Program-made: the position numbers and the translations under genes | From: Octopus sinensis | Lineage: Eukaryota | Assembly (NCBI RefSeq): GCF_006345805.1 | Contig: NC_042999.1 | Location: forward strand, 89,590,001-89,654,000 | DNA length: 64,000 bases | Reading direction: 5' to 3' | Shown: piece after piece, positions 26,269-37,870 of the stretch | How the letters are laid out: the number at the start of each line of letters is the position of its first letter | Numbering within the stretch: the first letter of the stretch is position 1 | Notes under the pieces: generated by a model | Databases searched by the model: none | Told to the model about the DNA's origin: nothing | The model's input: the letters and a program-made list of their open reading frames with translations, nothing else

Positions 26269-28659
26269 CTGTAACAAAATTTCATAGATATTTACTTATC
26301 TGAATGTTTAAGGTTCCAGCTTAGCTGGAGCACTGCTAGAAAAAAAATATGAATATAAATTTTAATAAGAGATTATGAGTAAACAACAAGCAAATAATTC
26401 CTAAGATTTTGTTGTTATCTTGGGAGGGTCAATAATTAACATGCACAGGTTCAATTTTACTTCTTTATTGTTAGTCAGTTGGTTAGCTATTTAACTACTC
26501 AATTAATTGATCGCTTATTTAATCAGTTGGTTAAACACTCAATCAGTACTTTCATCACTATTCGCAACATCACAAAAAGCATGCCCTCTTTCTTCTAGGT
26601 CTGTTTCAAATCTGCCTGTGAATGAACCCTATGCTTATGTACCAGCAGATAAGTGGTCACTTACATGAGAAGGGAAGTAAGAGAGAAAAAGAAGACTATG
26701 CGTGTGTGTGCTTACATGCATGTCTAATTCTCAAAATGTTTATCTTTAATAAGAATATTTGATAGAGCTACTACACCTACAAGATGGTGAAATGGCTGAA
26801 GCATTTGAATGTTGGATAAAAAGCTGTACAGTATTTGTCCCAACTCCCCAAGGTCAACTTTGCCTTTTATATTATCAGGATTCATAACAACATACTAATT
26901 CAGTAACTGTCAGGCAAGATACCTAGTGGCATCTGTTCTGGCTCTTTGCTTTCTATAAGAATATCTGTGGTGATAATGGCACAAGCTATATTGGCTAAAG
27001 TTGGCACCCTTTCCCTTGCATAAACATTAATGATATGAAGAGAGGACGCTTGCATGCATAGATAACTGCTAGTCTTTACATCCATCCCTCAAAAAACACT
27101 TATCAAGACCTGCACATAAATGTGCAGGTGTATGGTCGTCATTGACTAATGGAGGCCCAATTACTCCTGCAATAAGAAGTAAATTCATTGATAATGAATG
27201 AAGCTGCTAGTATAAAGGTAGATTAATAGTGACAAATGTACTTAATAAAACTATGCAATGTATAACATAAATTACTTCAAATAATTTAATAAAAATATAT
27301 ATTAAATATTTGATGCTTAATTGATTTTTAAATTGATAAAAAGTCACCCGCTTCAGCACCTTGCTAATTCACACAACCATCCTTGAAGCATGGTAATATA
27401 GTGTCAAAGAGAGGGGCCAGTACGTTGTACTGTAAACCCACCAGGTCGGAAAAACAAACATTGAAATAATGATGAAGATAAACAGGTGTGTGTGTAGCTC
27501 AAATCTTAAAATGTGTGACTAGACTTTTTATCTTAAATGTGTTATTAAAATTCATAGCAGTAATATATGTGATAAGGGTGTCTGTTTATGAATTTCATGT
27601 CAAAAAGGGGAAAATAGAGTCAATTACTTGGCTTTCTATTCTGATATTCAGCTATTAGATAAAAAGGATAAAATTAAGAGTTCATGCAGTTTGGTGCATA
27701 TTATCAGTGTAAATAAACTCAACAACATCTATGAATTAAAATAGAGTAGATTTCAGGTATAGGGGTTTCACTTCCCATTCTGCACCACCAGTAATGTATA
27801 GTGGAACTATCAAAAATAAATAGAATTATCTTTTTAGTTTCAGTTCCATTACATCGTATTTCTTCTTAAACATAGCACCAATCTATGTAATGCAACATTC
27901 CCAGAAAATTGGCTTCTATTCCAGGTAGCTGCATGGACAGAGGTATATAGATTTGTGTGCACCTGTCTGAAATACACAATACATGCAAGACCAGCAGCGG
28001 ATTAAAATCCAAGACCTTTGACCTAGTTAAGTCGATATTTCGCCACTGCTGAGGTAATTCGGTGAGATATACCTGCCACAAAAAATAACAGGTTAACAAC
28101 CTGCATTATATCTAACATCAATATAGTGAAGATAACAACTGTGGTAGTTCATTAGTTTATACTATACTTTTCTTTTAAGTATGGATTTTTTTGTTTTTTA
28201 GTAAATAGTAGCATCACTAAAGTCAAATTAGGGAAGTACTGTCTGGTTAACGACATCGATCGGAGAAAGTTCAAACTGAACATCGACCTCATTAGTCCCA
28301 GAAGACCTATAATAGTTATAGGTATCGTCCCTCTTTCCGGAGTTAATTCGTTTTAAACCAATCGTTATAATATAACCACAAATCTTGAAAGATTTCTTTT
28401 TCTTAGATGACAATTACACAATATCTCAGAAACTTTAAAAAATTCAACAAGCACGTTGTGCTCTAGTGTAAATCGAGTTTACGAGAGAGGTTTTATGTGA
28501 TCGTTCGACTGGCTATGAATAATAACCCAAACTCCTCAAGGCCTGTCTTAATAAAGGTAGGATGGTCGTGAGTGGAACGTCTTTGCTCATAGATCAACTT
28601 ACTCAAAGTTGGCCTGAGACGAACAACTTGTGTAAATATTAGTTTCGAATGTTGGCACA

Positions 28660-28840
28660 ATAGTAATTTCGTGGTAAGTCAATTACATCGACCCCAGTGC
28701 TCAGCTAGAACTTATTTTATCGACACCAAATGGATAAAAGGCATATAGACGTCGGTGGAATTTGAACTCAAAACGTTAAGATAGATGACATGCTGCTAAG
28801 CATTTTGCTCGGCGTGCTAACGATTCTGCCAGCTCGCAGC
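28660..28840 (-). mobile_element. SINE family A copy in COG3 intron 1
   Basis: Reverse complement of the family A head and core. Confidence 0.85.
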
Positions 28841-29292
28841 TTTCATGCTTAAGTATTCGCAGGTATACTTCCTGTAATAACAATCACAACACCCAGAAAA
28901 AAGTAGAACGAAATAGTAACGTGGTATTGATGTTATATAATGAAAAACGCCTGAACGAGGTGTATAAGGAAGAATAAACTTGTTCAATGAAAAAATCCAC
29001 ACAAACTTTACAATCATTCACTAGATTTGGTATTTTAACGAGAACTTAAAATTTTATAAAATACGATTTTGATACAACGATCTGAACCTTATACGTAAAC
29101 AAAGTCAGATAAATAGAAATCCTTTATTAAATAGTTAATTTAAATGTTTAAATGAGGTCAGTTTAATTCATCTTAAGCTATTCTGAATATTTGTCTCAAG
29201 CTAAACACTGCATCAGTTATATTAAAAAATTTCCTAGGATATGAAATGTCATTAGTGTTTACATGGCTTTATGAGAGTGATTCTTGTCCTAC

Positions 29293-29454
29293 CTCCACAG
29301 GAAGACGCCTGTGTTGTATCTGACTGGACAGTTCTATAAGTATATCCCTCTGTTTATCTGTCAGGTAGGCTCTGGGCTCAACATTAGCATCCCACTGACT
29401 TAACCGTTCTCTTAATGCCTTCTGATCGAGGAACTTTGTCGGCATATCCGCCAT
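29293..29454 (-). CDS. COG3: COG3 (conserved oligomeric Golgi complex subunit 3) coding exon 1
   Basis: ATG at 29454; MADMPTKFLDQKALRERLSQWD...LTDKQRDILIEL...RLPVE resembles the metazoan COG3 N-terminus (REKLALWD...LTDRQ); donor GAG|GTAGGA; 162 nt, phase 0. Confidence 0.93.
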
Positions 29455-29600
29455 TTTGACATTTTTATAAACTGATCGTCCCAGCTTCGCATGCCACGTC
29501 GATTACGGTGTTAATTACAGAGTATAGGCTGATGAATTAACGTCCTGGATTATCAGCACTACTGCTTTCATGATCGCATTTGTCAATCCCTGCATTAGAA
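29440..29600 (-). promoter_or_regulatory. COG3 proximal promoter/5' UTR with a YY1-type motif overlapping the start codon
   Basis: Minus strand reads GTCAAAATGGCGGA at the ATG (CAAAATGGCG is the YY1-type consensus); CpG-containing sequence upstream. TSS not determinable. Confidence 0.5.
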
Positions 29601-31249
29601 AAGCTATGTTCAAAACAATATTACCTAAGAAAAATTACATTTTAAAGCTAGACTTTTACGAAAGTTATAAAAATATGTTAAAAGAATAATCCTAGTTTTA
29701 AAAAGATGCTCAAGAATTAGAATTCTGCTAACATATTCTGATCTCTCTATAACAAATCTAAATTGTTGAATACGTTAGTATTTCCTACACTCCTACTTTC
29801 TTTCTGAGTTAGTTTTATGTTTGTCAATTACACTAGTTTTACCTAGTGTTACTTTGGTAAACAATAACTTTTGTAACATTTATCGGGTCGTCCATACGGA
29901 GAGAAGGGCACGAAGCATTGGCAGTTGTAAATTTTGTTTTGATAAATTATATTCATGTAACCATGTTTCTACCTCAAGCATTTCATTTAGATAATATTAA
30001 GAGACTTGAAGCAAATGCTGTAACATTTTAGAAGGGGTTTTTCAATAGTATCTTTGAAAAAAAGAAAAAAAAAGATTCTATCCCAAATTTGTTGGTTAGT
30101 TTTGGTCCATTGAAGTAAATGATGGTAACCATCATCATTTTAACACCCTTTCCATACCTACATTGGTTGGATGAAGTTTATTCAAGCAGATTTTTCTATG
30201 GCCCTTCCTGTTACTAACCCTTGCTTGTTTCCAAGTAAGGGCAATGTTTCCCAATGGCCAACATGATTTTGCAGAATACTGGAAATGAATAACATTGCTT
30301 GTATGACAGCGACACTCATTTAAAACAATCATGGGATATCTACGACAGGCTTCATTCAGTTTTTTTCTTCCAAATCCACTCACAAGGCTTTGGTCATCCC
30401 TAAGTAATAGAAGACACTTGAAGTGGGACAGAACTCAAAACCATGTTGTCGCGAGTGTGGTTGTCGTGGTAGCTACTGTTGTTGCTGCTGAATGAAAATG
30501 TGTTTCTCAGGCTGGATCTAAAACTAACAGATGATACTTGTGAATAATTAACAGATTTTATTACTGCACATAATGTTTTTTGTGTTGGTCTTTTAATAAA
30601 TACTAACAACAAGAACTACACACTGGTAGAGACATACTTCCAGGCTTCGTGTCAAGTTAACTGATATAGTAATCTGTGACTGGCCCATTACAACTGGAAA
30701 ATGCGTTATGTTCATAGATGAATTTTCTTACAAGAAAAGATGTCTTATTAGATGAATTTCCTTGTAGAACAAAAAGTACAAGTACAAAAGAAAATTTACT
30801 ATTTTACTTCTGTATATCTTTCATATCACGAAGATGAACATTTCTGAGATGAAGATCAAATATTACAAATTCAACGTTTGTTTTAATACTGGTACTGTAC
30901 TCATGATGCTTGCAGGCCTTCACCACATTATAGCTGTTCCTGCTATATGTGTAGAATCCGTGTGCACATGCAGCACTTTTCTATGTTGATGTTATTCGAA
31001 CTTTGTACTGATGATGACAGGAGCATTCTGTGGTCCATAAAAAGAAACCAAATCTTTAGTCTCTATATGAGATCATCAAAGATGTCATTCGTAACATCCA
31101 GACATTTGTACATTACTGCATACACTTTATACGCACTTTCTAACAAGTTGTGGTGCACCTGAGCGCTGTATACAATAATTTCATTATTATTATTATAACC
31201 TTTATAGCAACTTCAAGGATTTTAATTGCTCATGTATTTTATTTTCAAG

Positions 31250-31830
31250 TGAGGAAAGGCTGTGGTACATTTAACTGATATGTGTAGAAAGTTGTACTGT
31301 TCAAGGAAAGTACAATGTCATTCCTTGATCTCTGTCCATAAACGCAATGTACAGCGTTTAGGTTGGGCATGGACGATACCTGTTTGTGGAAAGTTATCGA
31401 AAAGTGAAGTCTAGCATAAACTGAGTGTGTAATAAACATGAAAACAGAATGGTATGGAAGACACAATGTGAATCTTGGAAACAAACTGGTGAGTTGAAGG
31501 GTTTACTGATGCTAAGGGCAACAGACAGTGCATTTGCTGAAGTCCTAGAGAGTAAAAGGTGTGTTGAAGAAGGATAAGTTTTTATATGGTCTGGTAACTC
31601 GGAAAGTGAAATGGTCAGAGCAGAAGAGATAAGGAAAGGTGTTTCAAGGCAGTGACTTTTTATGACTGTCTCCATTATCTTCAAGATGACAGAATTGAAG
31701 GTGATGGTTTGATAGCTGGCAAGATCCCCAAGGTTGTTGCTGATTTCGAGATGGGATACACTGTAGTGCTTCTCCTAAAATTAGGATGGATATCTGGAAG
31801 GTGAGAGAGAGAAGTAATTGAAATTTCAAA
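31250..31830 (-). mobile_element. CR1/L2/Jockey-type LINE RT remnant
   Basis: DLASYQTITFNSVILKIMETVI resembles NYRPISLTSVISKVME; heavily frameshifted. Confidence 0.65.
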
Positions 31831-32374
31831 GGGGACTAATATTTTACTATGATGAAGATTTATTAGATTGTTTTCTTTCGACTAGAGTACAAATTAATTG
31901 GAAGTATGGATTGAGTTAACGTCAATATATTTCTGATATTTATTTTATCGAATCTAAAAGGATGATAAAGTTGAACTCGATTAGGATATGCGACATTGAA
32001 AAACAATTCGTTCACTGCTTTTATTTCGTGTGTGTGTGTGCACGCTCGTCTTTCCAATTATCAATAATCACACCTCTTTGGCTATGGTAATGCCTGAAAA
32101 ATTTCATTCATAAGGCTGCTTTCAAAATAGGAATTATCTCCCTTAGACTACACTAGAAATGAACAGCCAGTCTTGTCATACTACAGTTTTTAGGAAGAAT
32201 GCAGAGATTTTCGTATGGTAAATGGTTATAATGATTGCTACAGAAAAAAAAGAAGAAGAAAGATGCATGGGATGATGCAGTTATGGTTACACTATGTCAG
32301 AAAAAGAAAAGAATTTGCTGCGTAGTTTTCAGCAAATTCTGCTCTCTGCTTGCAAGCAACTGCAAATAATATTC

Positions 32375-32573
32375 TTTCTACTAAGTCTGAAATTTAGGGT
32401 GAGGGGTTAGTCGACTACATCGACCCCAGTATATGACTGGTATTTACTTTATCGACCCAGAAAGGATGTGAAGCAACGTCGACTTCGGCGGTATTTGAAC
32501 TCAGAACGTACAGATAGACTTAATGCCGTTGAGCATTTTGCCCTACGTGTTAACGATTCTGCTAGTTAGCCGC
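32375..32573 (-). mobile_element. SINE family A copy
   Basis: Reverse complement of family A. Confidence 0.85.
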
Positions 32574-33902
32574 AACTCCAAATAATATCAAATACAATCA
32601 ACCATTAAACTTAATGAGATAAACATATCACACAAACATAGATGACAAAAATCCATGTAATTACAACATTCATACCATACAATAGTGCGAAGTGCAAAAA
32701 AGTAACGAAATGATATACAAATGACCGACTGTAAACATGTTCAGCAAAGGTGCTACTACATTTGCTGGAGTATTTATGATCGTGCGGTTAGTTGAAACAT
32801 CTTTCAACTAACTTCACGAAGAATTTATATTCTTCTTTGTTTGTTCTAAGTTAAAACCTTGTCCGAGTCGGTATTGCTTTTCATCATTTTAGTCTCAATA
32901 ACATAAATACCGGGCATCTGCCGGGATTGATTTAGTTGACTATACAACTCACATACGAATCTTTTCAGTGGAGTTTGCTAACACACTGGAATGTATATTT
33001 ATCTATTGTTACCCATACTGTTATATATTTTTTTTTTTCAGTATTGGAGTAATAGTTATCTCCCTTTAAATACAAATCTCTTTCTAAACCACTACCTTAG
33101 ATGCTAATAGTAATTTTCAATTTTGACACAAGGCCAGTAATTTCGGAGTATTGGATAAGTCGATTACACCGACTCCATTGCTCAACGGGTACTTATTGTA
33201 TAGGGCACCCAAAACAATATCATCCAATGTGCTATTTTCTAAGACGTTAGGTTGTGTTATGTGAAAGATTAGGCTGCTATTTTTAGGAGGGAAAACGACC
33301 ACTTAGCGGTTCCCACGTTAGCTCGTAACGATATGTCTTTCGATTTTCACAATGCCTAAAAATGACAGTTAGATGCGTTCTCGCCTTGTCAGTCAACGCT
33401 GTTTTCTTTGTAACACGAGACCAATTCTTAAATTAAAACGAACAAGGAGAAGCGCTGCGAAAATATCATTCAAATCATAACTTAAATGACGAAAATGTGT
33501 ATTTTATTTCAATAACTTGAAACAACTTGATCTGATAACCCAATACAATAATAACTGTGGCATTTGAAAAGAAGGTAGGTAAATGGAATTAATGAGTAAA
33601 AGATTAAACGAACTTTTGAAAAGTTATTGCTTCCCTTTCAAAGGAACAAAGATGTAAAAAATTTAAGTAAAATTTGGTAAGAAAGAGAAAATGAAATTCT
33701 TTTCAGTGTTGTAAACTATGTTGCATGAAACACAAGAATACTTTACACACTCACATTCTATACTTTGTATATTTTTAAACCATTATTCGAATTTCCCTCA
33801 TTATTCGCCTTATTTGCAAAATTAATGGATCAATTATAATCCCGAAAATATAAAGCATTGTTGAACAGAATATTACAACTTACAATATTAAAAGTTCTCA
33901 AA

Positions 33903-34119
33903 GGTGCCGAGCTGACAGAAACGTTAGCACGCCAGGCGAAATGTTTAGTTGTATTTCGTCTGTCTTTACATTCTGAGTTCAAATTCCGCCGAGGTCGACT
34001 TTGCCTTTCAACCTTCGGGGTCTATAAATTAAGTAACAGTTGCGTACTGGGATCGATCTAATCGACTAGCTCCTCACCCCACCCAAATTTCGGGCCTTGT
34101 GCCTCGAGTAGAAAAGAAT
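33903..34119 (+). mobile_element. tRNA-derived SINE family A
   Basis: GGTGCCGAGCTGACAGAAACGTTAGC...GAGTTCAAATTCCGCCGAGGTCGACTTTGCC...GTAGAAAAGAAT; other copies ~37953-38132, 39022-39177, 43129-43345, 44938-45092, 48247-48455, 63532-63735 (+) and 2020-2170, 28660-28840, 32375-32573, 41300-41470 (-). Confidence 0.9.
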
Positions 34120-34358
34120 ATTTAAAATGTTCAGTTAGAATTACACATCTAGCGACACGGATGTAGAGATAAGGAACAAGATTCATTTTTTTTTAAGGAA
34201 GAACCTGTCAGATATTCAGGTCTCACCCCGTTTTGGTCCTCTGGGCCTCGGACCAATGTACCAGCTAAACCTGTCTCTTATAAACATGAATGTGTAGTGT
34301 GTGTATGTGCGCGCGTGTGTGTGTAACATAAGTATATGTATAATCCTTTATACTAAAT

Positions 34359-34536
34359 CAGTTGTTCCCAACCTGTGGCCCGCGGACCTCTGGTGGTCTG
34401 CAACGATAGCACTGGTGAACTAAATTCAAAATTTCATACATACACACACACAGGGATAAGCGTATTAAAAGGGGTCCGTGGGATAACTCATTTAAATAAA
34501 AGGAGTCCTTGGTAGTGAAAAGGTTGGCAGCCACTG
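34359..34536. mobile_element. hAT (Charlie-like) MITE
   Basis: TIRs CAGTTGTTCCCAACC / GGTTGGCAGCCACTG; perfect 8-bp TSD TACTAAAT (34351-58, 34537-44). Confidence 0.9.
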
Positions 34537-35456
34537 TACTAAATCATAGGCTCATGTCTTTCCCTGAGTATGACCAATTGCTTAGGAGTGTGAGGTGAGG
34601 CTAAATATTGGGAAACCCTTAGTGAAGCGTACAACCCCTGCACAACCTTTGACCGTCCTTGCTTTCACGAAGAGAGCGTGCTCCTATTGATATGGTGTAT
34701 CTAGGAGGGCATATCATGAGAAAAAAAAAAGTGCCTATTCAGCCGAACTGACGGAAAAGGGCAATGTTAGTCGGACTGCCTATAAAGTACAGCTCAGGCG
34801 ATACCTGGAATGACAGCAATCTGTTGAAAGTTTGTTGCCCGATTCTGCAGGTTACACTTCATATGTGCTGCAGAGGATGTCTTCGATGCCCACACTGCAT
34901 GGGTCACTTTCTGACAACTCTGGATCCATCCTAATCAAAACCACACCACTTGCATTTTCTTCCCCGAAGAAAAAAATACACGTAAACGAGGAAGACCGTA
35001 AATTTTGATAGATGCACAAGCACGCGTTTCACAAAGAACAAAAAAAAAAAAACCTCGGATTTTTTTGCGTGGAATCGAGTACCCTGACATCCTAATGTGC
35101 CGCATTCAACGAAAAAAAAAAAACAAGCATTTTCCAATGATTTCCGGAAAGGGGAGGTGTGACATGTCCGAGGATTTCACCTCAACCAAATTTGCTTTTT
35201 CTGTTTGTTTTTTTTTTGTATCGAGTCTTACCAACAAACCACTGGAAATCGTTCGATCTTTAGGCAAACCACACCTTCAAAATGAAACGAGTGTAATAGT
35301 AAGGATTTACCGTTTTTATAACTTAACTCTTTTTATCGAACCGCTAGTGACAGTACATATGAACAACAGATAGAATATCATGCCTGTTTCAAGGTTTCAT
35401 GCTCGCATAGAAAATTTCTTACAGCTATACAACCGACGGAGAGCGTCAGCACTTTA

Positions 35457-36230
35457 TCGGCTGAATGTGTGTGTGGGGGGTGTAAATTTAATCTGAAAAA
35501 TGTTCATATGCATATGGAAAATTGGAGAAAATAAAAACGCACTTGATAGGGAATCCCGGAGCAAATAAATACTCATTGCATCCAAGAATTTTTAAGAAAA
35601 TCGTATTTAAAGAAAACAAAACAACAATATTGAACGGAAATACAAGCAAACAAAACTCCTTCAAATGTTCAACTTGTAAATTGGTTTATCTTTACAAGTC
35701 CGGTTTTGTTAACCAATCAAGGTCGCATGAACCAAAGCAAGCTAATAACGTACTGTCACCACATGAAAGAACATATACATCAGCCAATCATGTAAGAAGC
35801 GTCGTTTCTATTTTTTTTAGAATAGGATTCCCTCTTCCCCCCCATTGCTTTGAAGTGTGTGGTGTAAGAACAAATTTTTAATCCAGGCGAAAACGGAGAA
35901 ACTCCAACTTAAGTGAGACAGCTATTTCAAAAATCCGCGCAGACCACCAATAATAGAAACGACGCTTCTTACATGACGTATATGTTCTTTCAGATGGCGG
36001 CAGTATATTATTAGCTTGCATTTGGTTCATGCAACCTTGACTGGTTATCAAAACCAGTCTTAGAACGACTAAGTCAGTTGACAAATTGAACATTTGAAGG
36101 AATTTCATTTGTATTTTCTGCTTTCTATAATACGATTTTCTTCTATCAATTGCACTTTTTTTTCAGTTTTCCTGATGAATATGAACATTTTTGAGATTAG
36201 ATATACACACACTTATATGTATTCAGCCGA
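35457..36230. repeat. Large imperfect inverted repeat (arms 35457-35812 and 35952-36230; 139-bp spacer)
   Basis: Reverse complement of the right arm aligns to the left arm (TCGGCTGAAT, TAATCT.AAAAATGTTCATAT, CCTTCAAATGTTCAA, GCATGAACCAAA, GAAAGAACATATAC, CATGTAAGAAGCGTCGTTTCTATT); opposite-strand ORFs share ERTYTS. Confidence 0.9.
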
Positions 36231-36465
36231 CAAATACACTTTATGGGAGACAGCTATACTGAAGTCTTGCGGTCTAAAGTGACACATTATGAGTACTGTT
36301 TTCAGAGGTGCTCCAACGATATAATAGTGTTACAGGACTTTCCACCACCACCAAAACCAACACGAGCACTACCCCTACAGCTCGACTAATTTATTTATAA
36401 AACTACTGGACTCTTGCTCAACCCATCATGTAATAAATGCATTTTTATTTTTCAGGTTTTTCGCA

Positions 36466-37317
36466 ATGTCTTCGCCAGTCTTGAAATTATTCCAGATTAT
36501 TATGATACTATATATGGCATTAGGTGGTAATACATTTGCAAGAGAAGTTAAATATAATTCGAAAGTTGCAGGAAACAATACAAAGTCCAACATTAAAAGT
36601 ACAGCTACACCCAGTTCAAAAGTAATGAAACACAGAGTAGCTTCTTTAAAGAATCAGTCAAATAATATACACAATCTGAGAGTTGATGTTAACTCATCAA
36701 AATACCCTGTTTACGCAATGACAATGAAACCAACTTTGAAAATGAAACCAGCTTTGAAAACGAAACCAGCTTTGAAAACGGAACCAACTTTGAAAACGGA
36801 ACCAACTTTGAAAATGAAACCAGTTTTGAAAATGGAAACAACTGTGAAGGTGAAACCAATACGAAAATATAAAATATTACAATCCATCATTGTTAAAAGC
36901 TTCACTTTCAAAAATAACTCAACTAACCAAACCCTAGGAAAAACCAATGGTGTTTCTGCTTCGACAGAAAATTCCAGAATTGGGCAGGTGAAACGAATGT
37001 CTTTATTTCCTTCAAGATTATTTAGAAGACTTTCTCATAATCTACAAGGTGCTGGAAGTAAAAATGCTAGTAGTAAACCTGATAATGGCTTGGGTGTTCA
37101 TCTTATTCGAGTGTATCCCCCCATAATGCATGGTTTCCATAGGTTTTTCGTAAGGCGTCGGCCTTTTGCTAATTATACAGACAAAAATGATACTCTTCTT
37201 AAAATTGTATTAATTTCTAACGAAACTCCAGCGGTAAATAATTTCTTCCAACCATTTCTCGACTTTTTTCGAAGAATGACGATGTCCATTAAGTCATTTC
37301 TTCACGCCGTGAAATAA
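36466..37317 (+). CDS. Orphan secreted basic protein, 283 aa: signal peptide, (M/T)(K/E)P(T/A/V)LK hexapeptide repeat, many N-glycosylation sequons
   Basis: Longest ORF in the window (852 nt). Preceded by branch point CTAAT (~36385) and acceptor ttttatttttcAG (36454-36455), ATG 10 nt into the exon. Hydrophobic N-terminus ending TFA-RE. AATAAA at 37361-37366 followed by a T-rich element. No TE motif recognised. Confidence 0.8.
   Translation: MSSPVLKLFQIIMILYMALGGNTFAREVKYNSKVAGNNTKSNIKSTATPSSKVMKHRVASLKNQSNNIHNLRVDVNSSKYPVYAMTMKPTLKMKPALKTKPALKTEPTLKTEPTLKMKPVLKMETTVKVKPIRKYKILQSIIVKSFTFKNNSTNQTLGKTNGVSASTENSRIGQVKRMSLFPSRLFRRLSHNLQGAGSKNASSKPDNGLGVHLIRVYPPIMHGFHRFFVRRRPFANYTDKNDTLLKIVLISNETPAVNNFFQPFLDFFRRMTMSIKSFLHAVK
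36724..36867 (+). repeat. Coding 18-bp minisatellite, 8 units (ATGAAACCAACTTTGAAA consensus)
   Basis: MKPTLK MKPALK TKPALK TEPTLK TEPTLK MKPVLK METTVK VKPIRK, all in frame. Confidence 0.95.
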
Positions 37318-37360
37318 TTTTTGCAGTTAATTGCTATCTGACTGTATACAAGGATGTTAA

Positions 37361-37366
37361 AATAAA
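37361..37366 (+). terminator. Polyadenylation signal of the orphan gene
   Basis: AATAAA 44 nt after the stop codon, with T-rich downstream sequence. Confidence 0.65.
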
Positions 37367-37619
37367 GACTGATTTATTTCATTGATTTAGTTTTATTTTA
37401 TTGAAAAGTTTAGATTTCTTTTGACATTGCACAAACTTAATTATTTCTCCAGACCCTTTGATAGGGAGGATGCATTACTGATACTCTATCAATATATTTT
37501 CGTTGATTTCTTAAAAATTACCTATTCAGCTTGGACATGTCCGTTTATATCCAGTACACAGAGTCCATTAGTGAGAGTATAGGATATGGCATAGACTAGA
37601 GGGCCCATTATTGTCATAA

Positions 37620-37870
37620 GATACACGTATACCAATGGAAACAGCTCATCTCATTCGGAAACTCTTATGACCCTTGATGGTACAGCAATATATTTACGTA
37701 TATATCCAGACTGTCCGACATGGCTATCCACGCCACCGACATTGCACATATTTCTGTTTTTCTTTCGACACCTCGACTCGCTCGCCCTTCATAAATCAGG
37801 TGCTCAACACTTTCCTGGACTTCATCTCTCGTGAAAAATTACTCCAGAACTCTCTGAGGTAAATCTGTAG
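37620..37870 (+). mobile_element. Possible Penelope-like RT remnant
   Basis: ETLMTLDGTAIY resembles the Penelope LxTxDVxSLY motif; frameshifted downstream. Confidence 0.35.

Noticed and set aside
32779-32820. Short hairpin GTTAGTTGAAA-CATC-TTTCAACTAAC
   Set aside because: Stem too short for a pre-miRNA and no supporting context
33117-33302. 61-aa minus-strand ORF
   Set aside because: Overlaps decayed SINE-A-related sequence
36711-36947. Antisense ORF with (FKxGxx)n repeat
   Set aside because: Shadow of the 18-bp coding repeat on the opposite strand
37674-37862. ORF with P..N.....FLDF resembling the orphan C-terminus (possible tandem paralog)
   Set aside because: The match is short, there is an in-frame stop upstream and no acceptor or signal peptide; the adjacent frame looks more like a Penelope RT motif. 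A profile search would settle it
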